From: a virus
Lineage: Duplodnaviria; Caudoviricetes
Strand: one strand, 5' to 3'
IMG/VR virus record: IMGVR_UViG_3300018050_001986
Coordinates: 1-34,998 of that record
DNA length: 34,998 bases
Every line of letters starts with the position of its first letter. Within the stretch, counting starts at the first letter, position 1. Position numbers and translations under genes: made by a program. The notes beneath the pieces were generated by a model. The model ran no database searches. It saw only the letters and a program-made list of their open reading frames with translations, and had not been told where the DNA came from. Below, one piece after another: positions 17,859-27,371 of the stretch.

Positions 17859-17859
17859 A

Positions 17860-18588
17860 TCAAATTTCGTTATAGATTTTAAGTACTTCTATAACTGCAG
17901 GATGTCGTTGGATATCTTTGCCAGTAAGTTCTACTCCTGCCACATATTGACAAGTTGAATAGGTATAAACTAGTTGTTTAAAGTCTAGTAAACCGTTATC
18001 TTTAGTAGTTCTATCTGTTTGTTGTATATCCCCTGTAACAACCATTTTACTTGATTCGCCTAAACGGGTCAGCAGCATTTTCATCTGATTAGGAGTCGCA
18101 TTTTGCATTTCGTCTGCAATTATCCATGCGTTTTTAAAGGTGCGGCCCCGCATAAAAGCTAGTGGAGATATCTCAATTACTTGTTCATCTAGCATTTTAG
18201 CGATATCTTTTTTATCATAATATTCAGCTAAAACATCAAATAAGGGTCTGGTCCATGGTTCCATCTTTTGATTTAAATCTCCAGGTAAGAACCCATGCTG
18301 TTCGTCATCAACTCCTACAGCAGGCCTAGTCAGTACAATTTTATTAATTGTCCCTTGCTTTAAAGCCTTTATTCCAGCTAGCATGGCCAACATGGTTTTT
18401 CCTGTACCAGCTGGGCCAGTTGCAAAAATAATTAATTTTGCGGGATCTGTAAGTAGATTAATGTAAGTTTCTTGATTTAATGTTTTTGGTAATAAATGTA
18501 CCTGTCGTTTTCTTGAATAGTATGAATTGATATTTATAACATTTGATTCAACTGCTTGTGCTGCAAATCGTGCTTTTCTTTTTGACAA
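17860..18588 (-). CDS. phoH: PhoH family ATPase
   Basis: GPAGTGKT, LTRPAV, GFLPGDL..KM.PW, FMRGRT, DEMQN, TGD..Q.D and RHP; AGGAGG SD before the TTG start. Confidence 0.95.
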   Translation of the reverse strand: MSKRKARFAAQAVESNVININSYYSRKRQVHLLPKTLNQETYINLLTDPAKLIIFATGPAGTGKTMLAMLAGIKALKQGTINKIVLTRPAVGVDDEQHGFLPGDLNQKMEPWTRPLFDVLAEYYDKKDIAKMLDEQVIEISPLAFMRGRTFKNAWIIADEMQNATPNQMKMLLTRLGESSKMVVTGDIQQTDRTTKDNGLLDFKQLVYTYSTCQYVAGVELTGKDIQRHPAVIEVLKIYNEI

Positions 18589-18763
18589 TCTATCCTCCTG
18601 CCATAGAAAATTGTGTTTTACACCTAACTATTTAATAGCTAAAACTTTGTTCAAAGCTTGTATATAATATTTGGAATATAAGCATAAGTATTAGACTATC
18701 CACCAAATTTCTCATTTGCCAGTTGTAAGCAGAAAAGAATAAATAAAATAAACCGATACAACT

Positions 18764-19339
18764 ATGGCCACAAATATAAAAGATATTATTGATAATGTAA
18801 AATCAGTTTATATGACTGATAGTAGCATTAATACATTGATAGATTATGAAAGAGTATTAGATCGTTTAGATCTATATAGTTTTAAGAATTGGCAATTAGG
18901 GGAACTGGTAAAAGGTCCAATTTATGAAAAATACTTTGTGACATGCAGTTGGATGTATCCTTATCGTAAAATGCCTGATCCCAGCGGTGCCGAGCGTTTA
19001 CTAAACCATGGATGTGAAGTTAGTTTTGAAAAAGACAAATACGAATATCCAATTGATGTAAAAAGCCCAGATGACTTTAAGCCAGGCACAAAATATCCTA
19101 GAATGGTAGAAAAACCAGTATGGGTGGTTACAATCACCATGCCCAAAAAATTAATGGGCGAAATAGAGCGTGGAAGCTTAGAATTAGAAAACGATATTAT
19201 TGATGCAGAGGATATTGAAACTGCTTACGAAGAAGGCATGGACGACGAACAAAAACAAAAAACTGGACAACAACAAGAAGCACAAGCACAACAATTAGGA
19301 GCACCAATTGGACAAGTCCCTCAACAACCCACAATCTAA
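18764..19339 (+). CDS. Hypothetical phage protein with a Gln-rich acidic tail
   Basis: 191 aa; ATAAATA at 18739. Confidence 0.8.
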   Translation: MATNIKDIIDNVKSVYMTDSSINTLIDYERVLDRLDLYSFKNWQLGELVKGPIYEKYFVTCSWMYPYRKMPDPSGAERLLNHGCEVSFEKDKYEYPIDVKSPDDFKPGTKYPRMVEKPVWVVTITMPKKLMGEIERGSLELENDIIDAEDIETAYEEGMDDEQKQKTGQQQEAQAQQLGAPIGQVPQQPTI

Positions 19340-19877
19340 ACTTCTTGAAGGATTGGAACACGGAGATCTTAAAAGATTGGTGGATCCACATTTTACAATT
19401 GATGAATTTAGAAGCAAAATGGGCGATGATGCAGATGTAATGGTAATTAGCTTTACTGTGAACGGCAAATCCCCTGCAACAGATCTGATGGAATTTATTG
19501 AGCGTGGTTATGATTTTGTACAAGATGCAGATTTAAGTTCAGGGGAAAATCATAAAGGAAAATGGTTGGTATTTGTTGAAATGGAAAGAAATAGGCAATG
19601 CCCAAAAAACATTTCGAAACTATTAGCGGATATTCTTAACTTAACAGAACAAAATTTAGATGAATGGACATTTGAATATCACGACGACGATGTAGACTAT
19701 CCCGCTACCGTAGAAGCATTAGAGCAAAATGTGCCACTAAGTCCTAAAATGTACAGAGAAAGATTTGGCGATAAAGACCTAGATAAACTTAAAGAAGCTG
19801 CTAGAGTGCCATTTAAACCAAAAACTACTGATAATTATTATACTAATTGGTTGAAAACCGCGGCTGGTATTAAATAA
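19308..19877 (+). CDS. Hypothetical phage protein
   Basis: AGGAG SD at 19297 before TTG; IDEFRSKMGDD motif. Confidence 0.75.
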   Translation: MDKSLNNPQSKLLEGLEHGDLKRLVDPHFTIDEFRSKMGDDADVMVISFTVNGKSPATDLMEFIERGYDFVQDADLSSGENHKGKWLVFVEMERNRQCPKNISKLLADILNLTEQNLDEWTFEYHDDDVDYPATVEALEQNVPLSPKMYRERFGDKDLDKLKEAARVPFKPKTTDNYYTNWLKTAAGIK

Positions 19878-19923
19878 ACCGAATTCTAAATAAATAAGTT
19901 AAAGTGTTAGGAGCGATTGTCCT

Positions 19924-20571
19924 ATGTCTCAAGGCTTTGACTTTGATTTTACAATAGACCAACTAAAAAAAATAGTAACTAATAATCCCTATATTGACCA
20001 TTGGTATGAAGCTTTATGCAAAATATTGCCTGATTACGATATTAATACACAACTAAGAGTGGCAGCATTTTTAGCTCAATGTGCTCACGAATCGGGCAAC
20101 TTTAGAGCAATTAAAGAAAATTTAAACTATAGAGCAGAAACATTACGAAAAATATTTCCCAAATATTTTCCAACTGATGATTTAGCTAGACAATATGCTG
20201 GTATGCCTAATCCCCAAAAACAAGAAGCTATTGCTAATAGAGTTTATGCAAATCGTATGGGCAATGGCCCTGAAGAAAGTGGTGATGGCTTTAGATACTG
20301 TGGGCGTGGTCTAATTCAATTAACTGGTAAAGATAATTATACAAGATATGCTCAAAGTTTAGAAATAAGCGTAGAAGAAGCAAGTGAACATTTAACAACT
20401 TTTGAAGGCTGTGTGCAAAGTGCTTGCTGGTTCTGGGAAGCAAATAACTTGAACCAATGGGCAGATAAACGCGATATGTTAATGCTTACCAAACGAATTA
20501 ATGGTGGAACAATCGGTCTTGAAGATCGTATCAAACATTATAATCATGCCTGTCACATTTTAGGAGTATAA
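19924..20571 (+). CDS. Glycoside hydrolase family 19 endolysin
   Basis: AAFLAQCAHES, ENLNY, GDGFRYCGRGLIQLTGKDNY and TKRINGG..GLEDR. Confidence 0.92.
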   Translation: MSQGFDFDFTIDQLKKIVTNNPYIDHWYEALCKILPDYDINTQLRVAAFLAQCAHESGNFRAIKENLNYRAETLRKIFPKYFPTDDLARQYAGMPNPQKQEAIANRVYANRMGNGPEESGDGFRYCGRGLIQLTGKDNYTRYAQSLEISVEEASEHLTTFEGCVQSACWFWEANNLNQWADKRDMLMLTKRINGGTIGLEDRIKHYNHACHILGV

Positions 20572-20572
20572 T

Positions 20573-21439
20573 ATGGGGTTCAATCCTTTTAGTAAGAAAA
20601 GCTGGGATAAAGCAGTTAGTGATACAAAAAAAACAGTTGTTGATCCTGTCGTAAAAGAAACAACAAAAGCAGTAGACACAGTGGTAAAAGATACTACTAA
20701 TGTCTATAAAGACGCAACTAAAGTAGCGACAGATGCATATAATTATTCTGTAAGTTTGGCAAATAATACAGCAGCAGTTGCTCAAAGTGTAGGAAATACA
20801 ATTGCAAAAAATACAGAAGAAGCAGCGAAAGCTGGCTTCAATGTGGCAAGTAATGAATGGAAAGAGGGTTCTAAATTTGCTGCAGAAGCATATAAAGAAG
20901 GCTCTGAAGCTATAGTAAAAGCAGCAGAAGATGCTTATGCTTGGCTTGATGCTAATGCTTGTCGTATTGGCTTAACCACTGCGTTGACCATGGGAATTGT
21001 TGCTTATTTTACCCCCAAACCTGCACCTGCAGATCCAGGAACAGTTAATTCAACTGCAGCCAGTATGACATGGGCTGCTTGGTTTGCATCACAAGGCGGT
21101 AAACAAGTTACAAAAGCCCAAACTATGGTATTATCTTGTTCTATATCTTATATTATCACAGAAGGTATTTTTTTAATTCCAGGAGTAAAAGGACAAGTAA
21201 ACAAAAATTTAATGTTTAATTGTCTTGCTAACTGTATTAATACAACAATTAGCAACCCAGTGCTTTGGGGAACACCTGCTGGAGTAGGTGTGGCTGTTGG
21301 GTCAGGTATAGCACCAATAATAGCTACACTTATATGCGAAGGTGTTTTACCTAAAGGTGCAAGTGCTGGGCCTGATGCTAAAGCAGCAGAAGAAGGAATT
21401 AAAATGGCTAAAGATGCTTTGAAATCTTTGGGTTTGTAA
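20573..21439 (+). CDS. Hypothetical membrane-associated protein
   Basis: Amphipathic Ala/Lys/Thr-rich N-half; hydrophobic Gly/Cys-containing C-half. Confidence 0.75.
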   Translation: MGFNPFSKKSWDKAVSDTKKTVVDPVVKETTKAVDTVVKDTTNVYKDATKVATDAYNYSVSLANNTAAVAQSVGNTIAKNTEEAAKAGFNVASNEWKEGSKFAAEAYKEGSEAIVKAAEDAYAWLDANACRIGLTTALTMGIVAYFTPKPAPADPGTVNSTAASMTWAAWFASQGGKQVTKAQTMVLSCSISYIITEGIFLIPGVKGQVNKNLMFNCLANCINTTISNPVLWGTPAGVGVAVGSGIAPIIATLICEGVLPKGASAGPDAKAAEEGIKMAKDALKSLGL

Positions 21440-21458
21440 ATCAATAGAGGCTTAGTAA

Positions 21459-21728
21459 ATGTCAGTAGAATTAAATGAAAAAACAGAAATTACAGTACCA
21501 CTAAAAACTCTTATATCAATTATTAGTGCGATTGTTGTTGCATCATGGTATGTTTTTACAACTCAAAATAAAATAAAAGATTTAGAACACAATGTAAAAA
21601 TAGCAGACGAAAGATTTACACATTATATTAACCAACCAGGAAAAAATAGTGTAGATATAGAACTAATGAAAAAGGAATTCGACTATTTGAAAAAAGAAAT
21701 TTCTGATTTAAAACAAAGGACTAAATGA
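21459..21728 (+). CDS. Single-TM coiled-coil protein
   Basis: LISIISAIVVASWYVF followed by a coiled coil. Confidence 0.75.
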   Translation: MSVELNEKTEITVPLKTLISIISAIVVASWYVFTTQNKIKDLEHNVKIADERFTHYINQPGKNSVDIELMKKEFDYLKKEISDLKQRTK

Positions 21729-21729
21729 T

Positions 21730-22224
21730 ATGTGGCTGTTACACTTATTACCAGATGGCCTTTTAGAATTCATAGTAAATGCGGTTCTAATTTTAGGAAT
21801 AATTTTAACTTTACTTTCCTTTTTTGTACTAAATCGAATTCTAAGATTGATACCAGGTTTAGCAAATTACCATACACTTATTCAAGTTGTTAGTGTAATT
21901 ATTCTTGCAGCTGGCCTATACTTTAAAGGTGGTTATGTAACAGAAATGATGTGGCGAGAAGAAGTAAAGAAAGTTCAAGAGGAATTAGATAAAGCAAAAA
22001 ATAAAGCTGCAGAAGTAATTGTGCAGGTAGAAGAAAAAGTTGTGTTTCGTGATAGAGTAGTAAAAGAACGAGGCGAAACTTTAATACAATATGTAGACCG
22101 TGAAATTGTAAAAAAAGAAGAAGTAGTAAAATATATAGAAAACTGCCCTGTCCCTGCGGAAATTATTGATGTACATAATCAAGCAGCTCAATTAAATGCA
22201 GCAGCAAAAGGAGAAAAGAAATGA
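21730..22224 (+). CDS. Putative inner-membrane spanin (Rz-like)
   Basis: N-terminal TM helices, coiled coil and C-terminal Cys; overlaps the following lipoprotein gene. Confidence 0.55.
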   Translation: MWLLHLLPDGLLEFIVNAVLILGIILTLLSFFVLNRILRLIPGLANYHTLIQVVSVIILAAGLYFKGGYVTEMMWREEVKKVQEELDKAKNKAAEVIVQVEEKVVFRDRVVKERGETLIQYVDREIVKKEEVVKYIENCPVPAEIIDVHNQAAQLNAAAKGEKK

Positions 22225-22499
22225 AATATGTTGCTTTAACGGCAATAATATTTCTGTCAGGATGTATGACTAAACCTGTTCCAGTAAAAATGGACTTTCC
22301 CAATGCTCCACAATCTTTATTAAAAAAATGTGAAGAATTAAAAACTATAGAAACTAAAGCAGGTGGTACCCCTATAACAGAATTACTTAAAACAGTGGTA
22401 CAAAATTACACTCTATACTATGAATGCTCAAACAGAGTAGAAGGATGGAATGAATGGTACACCAATATTAAAAAAATATATGATGAGGTAGGAAAATGA
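22221..22499 (+). CDS. Putative outer-membrane spanin lipoprotein (Rz1-like)
   Basis: Lipobox FLSG-C, a Pro-rich stretch and two further Cys. Confidence 0.65.
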   Translation: MKYVALTAIIFLSGCMTKPVPVKMDFPNAPQSLLKKCEELKTIETKAGGTPITELLKTVVQNYTLYYECSNRVEGWNEWYTNIKKIYDEVGK

Positions 22500-22759
22500 A
22501 ATTATTTTTAACTTTGATGGCGTGTTTAGCGTTAACAGGCTGTGCTGCGAATAATTATCAAATTTATGCTGATGCGCAAAGAAGCGTGAGTAAAGATTTA
22601 ACTGTAGCAGAAACAGCAAGATTAGCAGCATTGACAGAAATGACTAAAAGTGCAGACCCTGCGGTACGAGCTACCGGTATCATGCTTTTACAGCAACTTC
22701 AGGCAAATAGTAAAACTGTTACTATCGAAGCACCTAAAAAGAATTGGCTAGGACTGTAA
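22496..22759 (+). CDS. Lipoprotein
   Basis: Signal peptide with lipobox LTG-C. Confidence 0.75.
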   Translation: MKLFLTLMACLALTGCAANNYQIYADAQRSVSKDLTVAETARLAALTEMTKSADPAVRATGIMLLQQLQANSKTVTIEAPKKNWLGL

Positions 22760-23112
22760 TGTTTGAACTAGATTGGTCAAAATTATCACAACTTAATGTA
22801 AGCATGAGTGTTGTATTAGGTATATCTATATTTTTCTTAATTACATTACTATTTGTCTGGCATAAGGACACAAAAAGTAAAATAGATTTAACAGACCTTA
22901 TATGTAAAAATGGTACATTAGACGAAAAGAAATTTACCAGACTGGGAGCATGGATAGTAAGCACTTGGGGATTTATATATTTGATATTAGATAGTAAATT
23001 TACTGAGTGGTATTTCACAGGTTACATGGCTATATGGGTAGGTAATGCAATTTTTGACAAGTATTTAAATAATAAAAACAATGAAGATCCAAAAGGATCT
23101 AAAACTATATAG
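22759..23112 (+). CDS. Small multi-TM membrane protein (holin candidate)
   Basis: TAATG coupling; about three hydrophobic segments and a charged C-terminus. Confidence 0.55.
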   Translation: MFELDWSKLSQLNVSMSVVLGISIFFLITLLFVWHKDTKSKIDLTDLICKNGTLDEKKFTRLGAWIVSTWGFIYLILDSKFTEWYFTGYMAIWVGNAIFDKYLNNKNNEDPKGSKTI

Positions 23113-23131
23113 GATATCACAAGGCAAAATT

Positions 23132-23428
23132 ATGCATGATCATAGATTAGTAAAATACCTTTTAATATTATTAGCATTGCCTGTAGGAATGGCAATGTGT
23201 AGTGGGGACAGGTTTCGTTACCCTTGTCAAGATCCTAACAATTGGGATAAAGAATTTTGTAAACCGCCTCTTTGCGATGTAAGCAGAACTTGCCCAGAGC
23301 ATATATTTAAAGGTCAAAGAGACCCCAGATTAGGACCACCAAAAGATGATCAAACTAGACCAAATACTTTATCGGGTGCGCCGATTTGTGTTCCGGCAAC
23401 CGCACAAGGAGCAAATTGTGGAAAATAA
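23132..23428 (+). CDS. Cys-rich exported or membrane-anchored protein
   Basis: Hydrophobic N-terminus then DRFRYPCQDP..W...CKPPLCDVSRTCPE; start reassigned to ATG 23132. Confidence 0.65.
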   Translation: MHDHRLVKYLLILLALPVGMAMCSGDRFRYPCQDPNNWDKEFCKPPLCDVSRTCPEHIFKGQRDPRLGPPKDDQTRPNTLSGAPICVPATAQGANCGK

Positions 23429-23981
23429 TAGAACTCTTTTATATACTGAAGAACAATTAATGGCTAGACTAAAATTCTTTATTGGAGTTTGTCTTGCATT
23501 AACATTAACTGGTATTGTGTTTGTTGTATTGTATTCGTTAATATTTGTTACACAACCACTTAATGCAATATCACCAATAGATCAAAAGTTTTTTGAACTT
23601 ATTGTGCCTATTGCAACTTTTTTAACAGGCACACTGTCAGGCATTATGCTAGCAGGTAATAGTAAAGAAGATAAAGAAGCTATGTTGGCTGCTCAAAAGA
23701 ATGCACAAGCTGCTGCAGATTCAGCCAAGACTCCACCACCCAAAACAGAATCATTTCCTACATCTGGATTCAGTAATATGCCTTTAGGTGGAAACGCTAT
23801 GAATTTTAATTCTCCCACAAATACCGCGTTTAGTGCTAGCAATTTTGGTTCGGCATCGAATTGGGGCAATGTACCGCCTACAAATAATTTTGGTTCTGTG
23901 CCTAATCCGTTAGGCGCCCCTATACAAATGACAGCATCTGGGAAAAAAATTATACCAGATGAAGAACAACCACTAATTTAA
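23418..23981 (+). CDS. Two-TM membrane protein with a low-complexity tail
   Basis: AAGGAG SD before GTG 23418; two hydrophobic helices; Asn/Pro/Gly/Phe-rich tail. Confidence 0.7.
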   Translation: MENNRTLLYTEEQLMARLKFFIGVCLALTLTGIVFVVLYSLIFVTQPLNAISPIDQKFFELIVPIATFLTGTLSGIMLAGNSKEDKEAMLAAQKNAQAAADSAKTPPPKTESFPTSGFSNMPLGGNAMNFNSPTNTAFSASNFGSASNWGNVPPTNNFGSVPNPLGAPIQMTASGKKIIPDEEQPLI

Positions 23982-23994
23982 GGAGTGTAAAAAA

Positions 23995-24198
23995 ATGAAA
24001 AAAATAATTAGTATTTTATTAGTAACACTGTCAACTTTTGCATTTGCTGCAGGCGAAAAAAAGGAAGTTTGTACAGATAAAAAAGATAGTAAAGGCAATG
24101 TGATTAAAAAGGCGGATGGTAGTCCAGCCAAGGAATGCAAAATCATTACAGTTCATAAAAAAGTAGAAGGTGAAAAAGTACCAGACGCTAAAAAATAA
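23995..24198 (+). CDS. Small secreted Lys-rich protein
   Basis: AAGGAG SD; Sec signal peptide MKKII...AFA; two Cys. Confidence 0.75.
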   Translation: MKKIISILLVTLSTFAFAAGEKKEVCTDKKDSKGNVIKKADGSPAKECKIITVHKKVEGEKVPDAKK

Positions 24199-24220
24199 TA
24201 ACTTTTCTAAATCTTTGACT

Positions 24221-24259
24221 AAGGGATAGCTTGCATTCTATCCCTTTCTATTTTATAAT
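24221..24259 (+). promoter_or_regulatory. Inverted repeat (terminator or operator) overlapping a sigma70-like promoter
   Basis: AAGGGATAG-N8-CTATCCCTT (24221-24246); TTGCAT (24231)-17 bp-TATAAT (24254). Confidence 0.6.
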
Positions 24260-24264
24260 GAATC

Positions 24265-25068
24265 ATGGATTATTATAGTATTCTCGGTATAAATCGCAAT
24301 GCATCTGCAGAAGAAATAAAACAAGCTTATCGTAGGCTAGCAAGTAAACATCATCCAGATAAAGGCGGCGATACAGCACATTTTCAACAAATCCAAGAAG
24401 CTTATGCAACATTGGGTGATGAACAAAAAAGAGCACAATACGATAACCCACAGCCCAATATCTTTAATAATATTCATAATATAAATGATATTTTTCAACA
24501 TTTTGGGTTTAACCCATTTGGTGATCGTCCGTTCCATCAAAACAGAAGAAAAAATAATGACCTGAGAATAGAATTAGATCTATCCTTAGAAGAAACATTA
24601 ACCGATCAAAGTAAAACTATTAATATTAGAATGCCCAGTGGTGCTAATAAAACTTACAGTATAAAAATACCCAAAGGGGTAACTCCAGGTACAACTATTA
24701 AATATCCTAATATGGGGGAAGATTCTATACCATCTTTACCAAATGGGGATTTATTAGTGACTGTGCGTATTTACAAAAACGAGTATTTCGAAGTTCATGG
24801 GCTAGATTTATATAAAATATGCCCAATAAATGCATTAGATGTTATGATAGGATGTGAAATAACTGTTGAAAGTTTAGACAAAACACTGTATACTGTGACA
24901 GTACCTGCAGGTAGTCAAAACAATACCAAATTTAAAATTCCAGGTAAAGGACTACCAGGATTTCAAGTTGATATACAAGGAAACTTTATAATTGTTATTG
25001 ATATAAAAATCCCTAGTTTAAACGAGAAACAAAAACAATTAGTTAATATGATTAAAGAACAAGGTTAA
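24265..25068 (+). CDS. dnaJ: DnaJ-class co-chaperone (CbpA-like, no zinc finger)
   Basis: DYYSILG J-domain with HPD; C-terminal DnaJ_C domain; no CxxCxGxG repeats. Confidence 0.92.
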   Translation: MDYYSILGINRNASAEEIKQAYRRLASKHHPDKGGDTAHFQQIQEAYATLGDEQKRAQYDNPQPNIFNNIHNINDIFQHFGFNPFGDRPFHQNRRKNNDLRIELDLSLEETLTDQSKTINIRMPSGANKTYSIKIPKGVTPGTTIKYPNMGEDSIPSLPNGDLLVTVRIYKNEYFEVHGLDLYKICPINALDVMIGCEITVESLDKTLYTVTVPAGSQNNTKFKIPGKGLPGFQVDIQGNFIIVIDIKIPSLNEKQKQLVNMIKEQG

Positions 25069-25076
25069 ATAATTTT

Positions 25077-27371
25077 ATGCTACAGCCTAATCCAGACATT
25101 GAAGAAATTATTCTTGCAGCAAGCGAGTTTGCTTCTACAAAAAGCCATTCTTATGTAACTTTAGAACATTTACTATTGGCTATGGTTAAGAAAGAAGGCT
25201 TTACTAATGTTTTAATCAATGAAGGATATGATATATCAGCTTTAGAACAAGAGTTAATTGATTATCTGGATAGTGACCAGTCATTAGTAAGTGATAATGT
25301 TGATGTGCCTAAAAAGACACATAGTTTGGAAAGAGTATTTAACAGAGCATTTACTCAGGTTTTATTCAGCGGCCGCCAACATATGCAGGTAATTGACCTG
25401 TATCTAAGCATCTTGACTGAAGAAAAAAGTTATGCCAGATACTTCTTACTTAAATATGGACTAGAAAAAAATAAAATTTTAACTATTTGGAATAATAACT
25501 ATTCCCAATCACAAACTAAAAAGAAATCTAAATCACAAATTGATGTAATTTTAGATGAATTTTGCATAAATTTAAATGAACTAGCAGAAAATAATGAAAT
25601 CGACCCAGTCATTGGCCGTGATTTAGAACTAGAAGAAATTACAAATGTATTGGCTAAACGCAACAAATCTAATGTGCTGTTAGTAGGCGATCCAGGTGTA
25701 GGAAAAACTGCTATAGCAGAAGGTCTAGCATTACATATTATTAAAGAAAATGTTCCAAAATATTTAATTGGGTATACGGTTTATAATTTAGATATTGGCA
25801 GTTTATTAGCAGGAAGCAAATACCGTGGTGAGTTTGAGGAAAAACTAAAGGAAATTATTAAGGCTTTACAAAAAAAGGGCAAATGTATTTTATTCATAGA
25901 TGAAGCCCATCAAATGCGAGGGGCAGGCAGTAATAGTAATAGTAGCGTTGATTTTGGTAATATGATTAAACCTGCTCTCACTAAAGGTAGAATTAAAGTG
26001 ATTGCTAGTACCACTTGGGAAGAATATACTCAAAGTTTTGAAAAAGACCGAGCATTAATGCGTAGATTCCATAGGCTTACTGTAGAGGAACCAAGCCCTT
26101 CTCTAGCTAAGGAAATTATTTATGGTCTTAAGGAAAAATTTGAAGATTTTCATAATGGTACAATAACCAAAGAAGCAATAGATGCTAGTGTAGATCTAAG
26201 TGTAAAATTTCAGACTGATAAAAAATTACCAGACAAAGCTATTGATCTTATTGACACTGCAGCAGCAAAATTAAAGGTATTAGGTGAACATTTTGTACTA
26301 AATAAAAGCCATATTATTGAAACAATAGGTAAAATTGTTAAAGTGCCCATTGAAACTTTAGCAGAACAAACTAGCACTATTATTAATCTAGATGTTAAAA
26401 TTAAATCAAAATTATACGGCCAGGACAATGCAGTTGATTCTGTATTAGACAAAATTTATGTTAGTAGAGCAGGCTTAAAAGCTATTAATAAACCAGTGGG
26501 TAGTTTCTTATTTTTAGGACCTACAGGTACTGGTAAAACAGAACTTTGTAAACTATTAGCAGAGTATCTCGGGATGAAATTATTAAGATTTGATATGAGT
26601 GAATACCAAGAGCGCCATTCAGTTGCAAAACTGATAGGTGCTCCCCCCGGATATGTTGGGTACGATGATGGCAATCTAGGTGGCGGTTTGTTGATTAGCG
26701 AAATAGAAAAAAATCCAAATTGTATTATCCTTTTCGACGAGATAGAAAAAGCACATCCAGATGTTAGTAATATTTTATTAACCATGATGGATGAGGGAAT
26801 TGTAACTAGTAGTAATGGCAAAAAAGCAGATTGCAGAAATAGTATTATAGTTTTAACCAGTAATTTAGGTGCAGCAGACAATGAACGCAATACAATAGGG
26901 TTTGGCACTAATCTTTCTAAAACCGGTGAAGAAGATATTGCAGTAAAGGAATATTTTAAACCTGAATTTAGAAATAGGTTAGATGGTATTGTTAAATTTA
27001 ATAAACTAGGCAAAGATACAATTAAACTTATTGTTGAAAAACTTATTAATGAAATGAATGATTTATTGCAAGATAAAAAACTTGTAGTAAAATTAACAGA
27101 TGCAGCTATTGATCATTTAATTGAAAAGGGTTATGACAGTAAAATGGGTGCAAGGCCTTTGGCAAGAAAGATAAATGAACTTATAAAAGTGCCATTAAGT
27201 AAGAAAATTTTATTTGACCATATTACAAATAGTAGTATTACCGTGGATTTTGATAAAGAATTTACATTTTTAGTAAAAGAAAATATTTTGGATATGTATA
27301 TTTTAAATAGTACAGATGAAAATGGATATATTATTTTTGAAAACATTAAACCCAATCTTGAACTTAGTTGA
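25077..27371 (+). CDS. clpA: ClpA-like AAA+ chaperone / Clp protease ATPase subunit
   Basis: Clp N domain; two Walker A motifs (GDPGVGKT, GPTGTGKT); GSKYRGEFEE, GAPPGYVG and IGF loop; no ClpB middle coiled coil. Confidence 0.92.
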   Translation: MLQPNPDIEEIILAASEFASTKSHSYVTLEHLLLAMVKKEGFTNVLINEGYDISALEQELIDYLDSDQSLVSDNVDVPKKTHSLERVFNRAFTQVLFSGRQHMQVIDLYLSILTEEKSYARYFLLKYGLEKNKILTIWNNNYSQSQTKKKSKSQIDVILDEFCINLNELAENNEIDPVIGRDLELEEITNVLAKRNKSNVLLVGDPGVGKTAIAEGLALHIIKENVPKYLIGYTVYNLDIGSLLAGSKYRGEFEEKLKEIIKALQKKGKCILFIDEAHQMRGAGSNSNSSVDFGNMIKPALTKGRIKVIASTTWEEYTQSFEKDRALMRRFHRLTVEEPSPSLAKEIIYGLKEKFEDFHNGTITKEAIDASVDLSVKFQTDKKLPDKAIDLIDTAAAKLKVLGEHFVLNKSHIIETIGKIVKVPIETLAEQTSTIINLDVKIKSKLYGQDNAVDSVLDKIYVSRAGLKAINKPVGSFLFLGPTGTGKTELCKLLAEYLGMKLLRFDMSEYQERHSVAKLIGAPPGYVGYDDGNLGGGLLISEIEKNPNCIILFDEIEKAHPDVSNILLTMMDEGIVTSSNGKKADCRNSIIVLTSNLGAADNERNTIGFGTNLSKTGEEDIAVKEYFKPEFRNRLDGIVKFNKLGKDTIKLIVEKLINEMNDLLQDKKLVVKLTDAAIDHLIEKGYDSKMGARPLARKINELIKVPLSKKILFDHITNSSITVDFDKEFTFLVKENILDMYILNSTDENGYIIFENIKPNLELS

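Noticed and set aside
26210-27355. Antisense ORFs inside clpA, and similar ones inside the GT4, Ig-repeat, endolysin and polyprotein genes
   Set aside because: They lie fully within well-supported genes and show no SD or recognisable motifs.
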